Source: Mantamonas sphyraenae STR306 (Eukaryota > Protista > CRuMs). From it: a stretch of 64,000 nt of DNA. The DNA lies in contig JAPMXV010000070.1 of the NCBI GenBank assembly GCA_026936335.1, forward strand, positions 1 through 64,000, given 5' to 3'. A program made the translations under genes and the position numbers. A model generated the notes under the pieces. That model ran no database searches and was not told where the DNA came from. It saw nothing but the letters and a program-made list of their open reading frames with translations. This document shows, piece after piece, positions 56,528 to 64,000 of this stretch (position 1 is its first letter; the number at the start of each line of letters is the position of its first letter).

Positions 56528-59500
56528 TCAACGCTTCTTCTTGGACGACCGCGAACTCTTGCTCTTGCGCAGGCCCCTGCCGCTACCACTGCCGCTGCCA
56601 CTGCCCTCGTTCATAGCCATAGCCATGGCTTGCGACGTTTTCCCAAACATGACCATGTGGTTTGCGCCTGGGATGTGGAAGCGCTGGTTCGCCAGGGCCA
56701 TGTACGCGTACGGATCACGCACTTGCATGACATGGGGCGCAGGAAACATCCGCCGACTCTCGGGCGTCGGTGGCGGATAGCGCATTTGTTGCTGCCGAGC
56801 ACGCATCTGTGCCTCCTGAGCACGACGCATGGCTGCCTGTTCGTGTGCTTCGCGCCTGTGCACCTCCTTCAGATCCTCCTCCGTGCGCAGATCCGGCACA
56901 AACCAGTCCAGATCGCCATCTTCGTCTGCATGTCCGCCACTGCCCTTTCCTTGCCCTTCCTCCTTGCGTGCGCTGGCCTTGTCGTTCTTCTGCTGAGCCT
57001 TTTCCTCCTCCTCCGCCAGTTTCTGCTCCACAATCCGCTTCTTGCGTTCCCGCTCGCGTGTGCTGCTCACAGAGCTGCTCTTGCGCAGTCGTCGGCCCGT
57101 CATCGGATCGTACGCAGATGCACGCGAGCTTGTGCCTGTCTTTGGACGGCGCATCGACGCCGATGACGACGCCGACGACGACGACGAAGCACGACTGCTG
57201 CGACTCGGACGCACACGGTCGCCACGGCTGCTCATGGATCGTCGTGGCGACCCTCCGCTGCTGCTGCTGTGGCCCCTGTGCATCAAGCCCTGTTGCTGGT
57301 GTTCGTCCAAGTCCCTTGCGTTCACCAGGTTGCCCTTCATCGTCGACCCACTGCGACCCGTCGTGGTACGCCCAAACGACGTGCCCTTCATCATGCTCCT
57401 GCTCTCTTGCATCGGTGCACTCGTCGGCGGGGTGTACACAAACGCCTGTCCTGCACGCGACACAGGGCGCACCCAACGTCCCTGGCCCTGTCCGCCAGCC
57501 TGACCCGGTGCCGTACGCGGCCGCCTGGCTTGCATCGACGACGACGAGGACGAAGGTGAGGACGACGACGGCATGGTGCCCCCCATCATCATCAATCCTC
57601 CCTGTTGCGTCTGTCCCTGTCGCGATGCCATCGGAGGAGCACGCACCACCGGTGCCTGGTATGCAAAGTCCGTGCCCTGAACCTGTGCATAGATGCCCGG
57701 CTTGCTCTTTGTCTTTTTCGGCGGCCGCGGTGCGTCCTTACCCTCCATCATCGAATGCCGGTACTGTTGTGCCTCGTGCAGCATGCCCCACCGTGCACTG
57801 CTCGGCGTCTCGTCCAGTTCCTTGTCCAGACGCCGTTCCGCTGCACTTTCCATTGGCAATCCACCGCTCGCAGACGCAGACGCAGACGCAGAGTTGACCG
57901 ACACACGCACCGCACCCGGCGAATCCCTACTGCCGTCCTTCCCACGCTTGTCCGACCCCGACCCCGACCCCGCCGACGACGACGCAAACTCACGCTCCAT
58001 GGCACGTGCCCTGCGCTTTTGCTGATGTTTCAAATGCTCCATCTGTCTTCTGTGCTCCTCCTCCAACGCCAGTCGTTGCGCTTGCTGCGCCGCCTGCTGC
58101 TGTCTTTGCCGCTGCAGTTTGCTGTGCTGCTGCTGCATGGCACGCGTGGTGGCAAACATGTCCTGCTGTCCGCTTGCGTGTTGTTGCTGCTGCTGCTGAT
58201 GCTGATGCTGCTGATGCTGCTGATGAGGATGATGGCGTCGCGGCGGACGTCCAGGTCCTGCTGCTCCGTTGCCATGCATGGGTCCAAACATGTGTTGCAT
58301 GGCCTGCAACTGTGCCTGTTGCTGCTGGTGCTGCTGGTGCATCATCATCAACTGCCGTGCGTGCTGCTCCTGGAGTCGCTTTTGCTGCTCCAAGTGCTCA
58401 GTTTCCACCTGCTTCCGCACCGTGTCGTTTGTCTGCGACATGAACTCGTAGTCGTCTTCCAGCTGCATCGCCTGCTGCTTGTGAGACACACGCACCTCTT
58501 GCCCGTCCTGCTTGCGGTGCGGTCGCATCCTCGGCATCCCAGGCACATAGTACAGATACTGCATTTGTGTCGGCGTCATCGGCTCCCCTGCGTTGCGCTT
58601 GGCCCGTGCCTTTTCCGCCATGGCCATCTGATACGCCTGAAACTGACGGGTCCGTTCCGCACGTGCTCGCTTGTCCAATCCACTTTCGTCCAGGGCAGAC
58701 GTGTCCAGCTCGCCGTCGCCCTGTTCGTCCTCTTCATCGTCATCGCCCTCCCTGGCCTGCTGCTCACGTCTTGCCGACGCCGCTGCCTTGCGTCGATCCC
58801 GTGCTTCTTTGGCCATTTTCATCTCAATCACACGTTCCGCCGCTGCCTGCTCCTCTGCCTCCTTCTCCGGCGACAGATCCGCTTCTTCCTCCTCCTCCCC
58901 GTCCTCGTCCTGGCCGTCCTTCCCTTGCTCGCCTTGGCCACCCTCTGCCCCATCCTTGCCTTGCGCCTTGTCTGTGGCCGCTTCATCTCCGCTCGCCTGC
59001 TCCTTCTTCTCCTCCTGCTCCTCTTCGTCGTACTCGGGTGCAGCGGCCTGTGTAAACTGGGCCGCCAGCGACAGCAGGAGGTCGTGGTAGATGTCTTCAC
59101 GGAACACAGCCTTGCGTTTGCGCGAGCCCACTGGCATGTAGTAGCGCACTGCCGTCTTGGCCTTGCCCTTTTTGCCGGCGTTCCCTGCAGTGGCTTCGCT
59201 CTTGCCCGTGTCATCCACGCCGGCTACGGTGGCCTCACCGGGCGCCAGAAGCGACGCTGCGTTGCCAAAGATGGTGGACTGTCGATAGGATTGGACCTTG
59301 CTCTCGTCCATGTCGTGGAACACCAGCTCGTCCAGGTCGCGAAAGATGCGTGCAAAGTAGTCTGCACGCCGCTCGGCATACTTGTACTCCACGTCCACGC
59401 GTGATTTGTCCGACAGCACACTCTTGAGAATGTCCACCACTTCCTCGCGCTTCTTCTGAACCGACTTGATCTGCTTCACGCGCGACTTGGAGCCCATCTC

Positions 59501-62500
59501 GCGCACCTTCATGGCCATGTCCAGCGGCGTGTGTCCACGGCGATTCGCCTCCTGAGGCGCAGACTGCATGTCCACCAGCATGCGCACCACCTCCACCGCC
59601 GCACTGGCCATTTGGTCCACCTCGGCGTCCGTCAGCTTCTTGCCCTGGAAGGGCATCAGTTGTGAGAACACGGCAAAGTGCAACGGCGTGTTGCCGGCCA
59701 CGTCCTTGCCAAACACATTGGCTCCGAACGAGAGCATCAGATTGACCAATTCCACGTGTCCGTGTTTGCATGCCACATGCAAAGGCGACATGCCTTGGCT
59801 GTCCACCATTGTGCAATCGGCCCCGACGTCCAGCAGGAACGAGGCAATGTTCCAGTACATAAACTCGCATGCAATGTGCAGCATGGTCTTGCCGTCCTCT
59901 GTGGCCCGGTTGATGTCCACCTGCATGTTGGTCACCAGAAACTTGAGGATGCGAAAGTGGCCCATTTCGCACGCACGCATCGCCGGTGTCAACCCGTCCA
60001 AATCGGGACAGTCTGCGTCGCATGGTTTGCTCAGCAACAGTTGCACCGTGTCAAAGTTGCCTGCCGAACACGCGTTGTGCAGCGGAGACAGCAGCTTGCG
60101 ATCCCACACGTTCAGCTTGGCGCCGGCCTCCACCAGATGCACCACGCTCTGTGCACAGTCGTAGTACGTGGCAAAATGCAACGCAGAGACGCCATCCCGG
60201 TTGACTGTGTTTGGATTGCTGCCTGCGCCGAGCAGCAGCCGCACGCAATCGTGGTGGTTCGGATACTGGGCGCTCTTCATCAGCGCCGTTTCGCCCTCCA
60301 GCGTGTGTGCGTCCACGTCGATGCCAATCTCCAGCAGGAATTCCAACACTTCGTACCGGCCAAATCGTGCTGCGGTGTGCAACGGCGACAGGCCCTCGTG
60401 CGAGCCCATGTCCATGTCCGCACCGGCCACCTGCAGCAGCTCGGCACACGCGCGGGACGACACAAAGTGCATCGGCGTGTAGCCGTGCACATTGGTCAGT
60501 GCGTTGTGGTCCACGTCACGCTCCAGCAGCATGGCAATGCACTCGGGCGACGCTCCCTGGGCGGCAAAGTGCAGCGGTTGGGCTCCCCACAATGTGTCGA
60601 CTGCGTGCGGGTTTGCACCGCGCGACAGCAGCAACCGCACGATTTCGTGGAAGCCACCAAAGCAAGCCCAACACAGAGGCGTGGTTGCGTTGCTGTCCAC
60701 ACTGTCCACCTCCACTTTGTAGTCCAGCATGGCACGCACCACCTTGTACGCGCCGTGGAAACAGGCCCAGTGCAACAGAGGCCATCCGTACATCACCGGG
60801 TTCAACTCCGCCCCGGGGTCGTCGTCCATCATGTCCTGCAGGATGCGCTTGAACGTCACTGCGTCGTTGGCCCGGGTGGCTGCATACAGACCCATTGGAT
60901 CTGGTCGGCGTTCGCTGAAGCCACGCACAAGGAACTTGGTGGCCAGCATGGAGCTCATGAAGCGCAGGAACGAGCCTTTGGTGTGGTAGATGCGCTTCTT
61001 CTTGCGCTCCACCACCTTGGCCGGTCGCCTGCGCACTGCCACCTGCCGGTGTTCTTGCACGTCGTCGTTGCGCTGGTACAGCTTCGACGACGGGTCCAGC
61101 ACCTTGCGACTGTCCAAGTACACAGCAATCTCTTCCAGGCCTGCGTTTGTGGCATATTCGCTTGCACTCTGCCCTGCTTCGTCGCTGGCATACACGTCCG
61201 CCCCTTTCTCCAGCAGCAGCTGGACACACTCCATGTGACCCGCCTGTGCCGCGAGCATCAGTGGCGTCCGTTCCTTTTCGGCGCTGTTCACAGCCGCCCC
61301 GCCCATGTTGATCAGATCTGCGAGCACGTCGTGCAGGCCCGTGGCAGCCGCAATGTGCACAGGACGCATCCCGTTGCTGTCCACAATGTTGACGTTGGCG
61401 CCGGCCTGCACCAGAAGCCGCACGATCCCCGATGTTTTGGCAAGGTGCAACGGCGACCACTGCTCAAATGTCGTCACTGTGTCCACCAGAAGCGGCCGGT
61501 GTGAATCCGAAATCACATCTTGCAGGATCTTCAGATGCCGCGGCGCCTCTGTGTCTTCCTCGGGGGGCACTGTCTTGCTGTCGTTTCCATCCTTGCCACT
61601 GCTGGCAGACGCAGCCTCCACGTACTTGGAGGCTGTGGCCAGCTGCTTGCGGCGTTGGCGCTCTTGACGCTCGGCCTCCTCGCTTTTGCGTTCCTTGAGC
61701 CGCAGCTTCTCGGCCAGAGCCGCGCGCAGCTCCTGACGCATCTTTTCCGCATCCTCGCCACGATAGGCATGTGGCAAGGTGAAATTGCCCGGAGCCACGC
61801 GTATGGTGCAGTTGGGCGGGTCCACGGTGGGAATGGAGCGTTGCCAGGCAGCGGGCACCATGCCCATGGTCGTTGTGGCCTTGCGCAGCGACGCCTTGCT
61901 CATGGCCGCCAATACCAGCTTGACACATTCTTGGTTGCACGACGAGACGGCAAAGTGCAGCGCCATCTTGCCTTGCTTGTTCACAAGAAACGGGATGGCT
62001 TCGTAGTCCAGCAACAGATCCACCTTGGCCGCCTTGCCCTTGGCGCACACCATCATCAATGGCGTGTCCACTGGCACAATCTCCTGCACGACTTCATGGC
62101 CTTCCACGGGTGCTCCAGCGTCCAACAGAGCTTGGATGATGGCCGTCTCGTTGTCGCGACGCCGGGCGTGCTCGTGCAACGCCGTGCGACCTGCCGTGTC
62201 GATTGCAGTCAGCCAGCCAAAATCCGCTGCCACCTCGGCCAGCTGCTCGCCACAGCGCACATCCTTCACCAGATGCAGCGGTGTTTTTGTTGGCCTGCCC
62301 GTTGCGCGTTTGAACGCATCCAACTCTTTGAACGAGTACTGGATCAGCTCCGCCAGAATGGCCGAGTTGCCCAGTTGTGCCGCGATATGCACTGGCGTCA
62401 TCCCATCTTTGTCTGTCAACGCCGTCATGGCATCATGTTTCAACAACAGTTTGACGTAATCCAGGCTCTGAACACGCACGGCCATGTGCAGCGCCGTGTC

Positions 62501-64000
62501 CTCTGCCGCGTTGCGCAGCGACAGATCAGCCTTGGGCTCGTGTTTCAACAGTGCTTCCAGCAACGGCACGTCCTGCAGCGTCGCCAGCCGCTCTCGCTCG
62601 TCTTCCTCCTTTCTTGCCTCCTCGCGCTCTTCCAGCTCCAGTTTGCGTTCCAACGACATGGGTTCGTCTTCCTTGTTGCTGCTGCTGCTGCTGCTGCCTT
62701 CATCCTTGTCTTTGTCCGTTTCTTCATCCTTTTGCGGATTGTTGTCCTTGTCCTTGCCCTTGCCGTCCTTGCCGTCCTTGCTGTCCTTGCTGTCCTTGCC
62801 GTCCTTTTCCTTCTCCTTGCCCTTTTGGTCTCCGACCTCCTTTTCCTCGTTCTTCTCGTTCTCCCTCTCCTCTTCCTTGGGCGGCAGTTCCTTTGGCGAC
62901 TTGTACTGTTCGATGAGATGCATGATGGGCGTGTTGCCATCGTCGTCGCGGGCATTGATGTCCGCGCCCAGGCGCAACAAGAGTCGGGCCACGGCCGATT
63001 CACTGGCACAATGCAGCGGAGTCCACTTTTCAAACTTGGTCGGTTCACCGTTGACGTCCATCGTTGCCGTGGCTGCTGTCAGCTTGGGATACTCCCACAT
63101 GCGGTCTTTCGGCAATTCCCAAGTGTGTACATCCTCAACGGTGCGACCAGAGGCGTTGCTCGCACCGCTGCTGCTGCTGCTGCTGCCTCCTTCTGGCGAC
63201 GAGGTGCGCGTATGAGACGAGTCGCTGGACGTGGTTCGACCTGAGCGGCTGTGTGCCATGCCAGCGTCCTCTGCGTCGCCATTGGTCTCCTTGGCTTCGC
63301 TTTCCTTGCTCAGCAACAGGCGCTTTGCCGCGTTGAGTGCGGTGCCGTAGGCAATCTTGGCTGGTTCCGACTCCCAATCCGTCAGAACCATCTTGCACCA
63401 CTCTTCGCTGGTAGCGGCGGCGTGATGCAACAGCGTCCATCCGTTTTCGTCTTCACTGACCAGGTCGGCTCCGGCCATGGCCAGCAAGCGAAAGATGTCA
63501 CGGTCTTGGTTGATCTGTGCGATGCGGATGGGTGTGTGGTTGCGCGGATCGCGCACGTCCAGCTCAAGTCCAGGGACCTCCAGCAGGGACTTGACGCACC
63601 GGTAGGCGCCGTGCGACACGGCCTCGTGCAACAGAGACACACTGTAGAGGGTCATGTTGGGGTCCAGGTCATGGTCCACCAGATACTTTTCCATCTCGTC
63701 GTGCTCATCCTTGTCAAAAATCTGCAAAAACACGCGAAAGTGCTCCTCCAACGCCTCTTGCTTGGCATGCGTTTCTTCCTGTTCCTTTTTCATGCTCTCA
63801 ATGTCCAGCGAGGCGGCAGACACGGCCAGCAAGCGCAACGCCTTGAGTTGCACGCGGAACTGGCCGTCGACAACGGGGCCCACGACCTTGTGGAACACCA
63901 CCGTGCCGTCTTTCTTCAGCCGTTGGTTCTCCTGCTTGGCCAGCTTCAACTTGCGCCATTGCTTCTTGGCAATGATTTTGCGCCGTTCCAGATCGTCTGC
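56528..64000 (-). CDS. Giant ankyrin-repeat protein (>2490 aa, 5'-truncated by window end) with long low-complexity C-terminus
   Basis: Roughly 30 ankyrin-like motifs (TPLH/TALH...GADxN); frame stays open from 63949 to 64000; Gln/Ser-rich tail. Confidence 0.9.
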   Translation of the reverse strand, partial: ADDLERRKIIAKKQWRKLKLAKQENQRLKKDGTVVFHKVVGPVVDGQFRVQLKALRLLAVSAASLDIESMKKEQEETHAKQEALEEHFRVFLQIFDKDEHDEMEKYLVDHDLDPNMTLYSVSLLHEAVSHGAYRCVKSLLEVPGLELDVRDPRNHTPIRIAQINQDRDIFRLLAMAGADLVSEDENGWTLLHHAAATSEEWCKMVLTDWESEPAKIAYGTALNAAKRLLLSKESEAKETNGDAEDAGMAHSRSGRTTSSDSSHTRTSSPEGGSSSSSSGASNASGRTVEDVHTWELPKDRMWEYPKLTAATATMDVNGEPTKFEKWTPLHCASESAVARLLLRLGADINARDDDGNTPIMHLIEQYKSPKELPPKEEERENEKNEEKEVGDQKGKEKEKDGKDSKDSKDGKDGKGKDKDNNPQKDEETDKDKDEGSSSSSSNKEDEPMSLERKLELEEREEARKEEDERERLATLQDVPLLEALLKHEPKADLSLRNAAEDTALHMAVRVQSLDYVKLLLKHDAMTALTDKDGMTPVHIAAQLGNSAILAELIQYSFKELDAFKRATGRPTKTPLHLVKDVRCGEQLAEVAADFGWLTAIDTAGRTALHEHARRRDNETAIIQALLDAGAPVEGHEVVQEIVPVDTPLMMVCAKGKAAKVDLLLDYEAIPFLVNKQGKMALHFAVSSCNQECVKLVLAAMSKASLRKATTTMGMVPAAWQRSIPTVDPPNCTIRVAPGNFTLPHAYRGEDAEKMRQELRAALAEKLRLKERKSEEAERQERQRRKQLATASKYVEAASASSGKDGNDSKTVPPEEDTEAPRHLKILQDVISDSHRPLLVDTVTTFEQWSPLHLAKTSGIVRLLVQAGANVNIVDSNGMRPVHIAAATGLHDVLADLINMGGAAVNSAEKERTPLMLAAQAGHMECVQLLLEKGADVYASDEAGQSASEYATNAGLEEIAVYLDSRKVLDPSSKLYQRNDDVQEHRQVAVRRRPAKVVERKKKRIYHTKGSFLRFMSSMLATKFLVRGFSERRPDPMGLYAATRANDAVTFKRILQDMMDDDPGAELNPVMYGWPLLHWACFHGAYKVVRAMLDYKVEVDSVDSNATTPLCWACFGGFHEIVRLLLSRGANPHAVDTLWGAQPLHFAAQGASPECIAMLLERDVDHNALTNVHGYTPMHFVSSRACAELLQVAGADMDMGSHEGLSPLHTAARFGRYEVLEFLLEIGIDVDAHTLEGETALMKSAQYPNHHDCVRLLLGAGSNPNTVNRDGVSALHFATYYDCAQSVVHLVEAGAKLNVWDRKLLSPLHNACSAGNFDTVQLLLSKPCDADCPDLDGLTPAMRACEMGHFRILKFLVTNMQVDINRATEDGKTMLHIACEFMYWNIASFLLDVGADCTMVDSQGMSPLHVACKHGHVELVNLMLSFGANVFGKDVAGNTPLHFAVFSQLMPFQGKKLTDAEVDQMASAAVEVVRMLVDMQSAPQEANRRGHTPLDMAMKVREMGSKSRVKQIKSVQKKREEVVDILKSVLSDKSRVDVEYKYAERRADYFARIFRDLDELVFHDMDESKVQSYRQSTIFGNAASLLAPGEATVAGVDDTGKSEATAGNAGKKGKAKTAVRYYMPVGSRKRKAVFREDIYHDLLLSLAAQFTQAAAPEYDEEEQEEKKEQASGDEAATDKAQGKDGAEGGQGEQGKDGQDEDGEEEEEADLSPEKEAEEQAAAERVIEMKMAKEARDRRKAAASARREQQAREGDDDEEDEQGDGELDTSALDESGLDKRARAERTRQFQAYQMAMAEKARAKRNAGEPMTPTQMQYLYYVPGMPRMRPHRKQDGQEVRVSHKQQAMQLEDDYEFMSQTNDTVRKQVETEHLEQQKRLQEQHARQLMMMHQQHQQQQAQLQAMQHMFGPMHGNGAAGPGRPPRRHHPHQQHQQHQHQQQQQQHASGQQDMFATTRAMQQQHSKLQRQRQQQAAQQAQRLALEEEHRRQMEHLKHQQKRRARAMEREFASSSAGSGSGSDKRGKDGSRDSPGAVRVSVNSASASASASGGLPMESAAERRLDKELDETPSSARWGMLHEAQQYRHSMMEGKDAPRPPKKTKSKPGIYAQVQGTDFAYQAPVVRAPPMASRQGQTQQGGLMMMGGTMPSSSSPSSSSSSMQARRPRTAPGQAGGQGQGRWVRPVSRAGQAFVYTPPTSAPMQESRSMMKGTSFGRTTTGRSGSTMKGNLVNARDLDEHQQQGLMHRGHSSSSGGSPRRSMSSRGDRVRPSRSSRASSSSSASSSASMRRPKTGTSSRASAYDPMTGRRLRKSSSVSSTRERERKKRIVEQKLAEEEEKAQQKNDKASARKEEGQGKGSGGHADEDGDLDWFVPDLRTEEDLKEVHRREAHEQAAMRRAQEAQMRARQQQMRYPPPTPESRRMFPAPHVMQVRDPYAYMALANQRFHIPGANHMVMFGKTSQAMAMAMNEGSGSGSGSGRGLRKSKSSRSSKKKR

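Noticed and set aside
1-64000. CRISPR array or other repeat-spacer array
   Set aside because: Eukaryotic sequence; the only regular repeats are telomeric, coding or microsatellite.
37-64000. Species or lineage assignment
   Set aside because: TTAGGG telomeres, intron style and gene content point to a free-living protist but are not diagnostic without a search.

Overview
Left end of a chromosome from a GC-rich, very gene-dense unicellular eukaryote (standard genetic code; short GT-AG introns with GTRYGT-like donors and mostly CTRAC branch points). The window opens with a (CCCTAA)n telomere (1-154). Next comes a ~10 kb subtelomeric array of three paralogous genes of an unrecognised family, with a Pro/Gln-rich, acidic and basic N-terminus, tandem ~190-aa modules arranged ABAB, ABAB (frameshifted) and AB, and a C-terminal bipartite-NLS-like tail. 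The modules are near-identical in their framework but hypervariable at three homologous patches. One patch sits in a helix whose pattern resembles a forkhead/winged-helix recognition helix. This is the best candidate for an undescribed system: a diversifying, modular specificity (possibly DNA-binding) protein family. From ~10.3 kb the window is a compact run of about 22 mostly recognisable genes: NBR1-like, tRNA-Thr(CGT), EF-hand/SAP/PX/PH protein, Nbp35, LRR-ankyrin protein, DHHC, GT21-like, ENaC/DEG-like 2-TM protein, Vps10, amino-acid permease, Furry fused to RGS, SMCR8, TRIM-like RBCC, JmjC, UXT, TBC1D24-like, PSMD9, PQ-loop, CPT2, FKBP, a single-domain voltage-gated channel and a giant ankyrin protein running off the window end. 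Gene models were rebuilt by hand from splice signals. Family calls rest on recalled motifs, not database searches.
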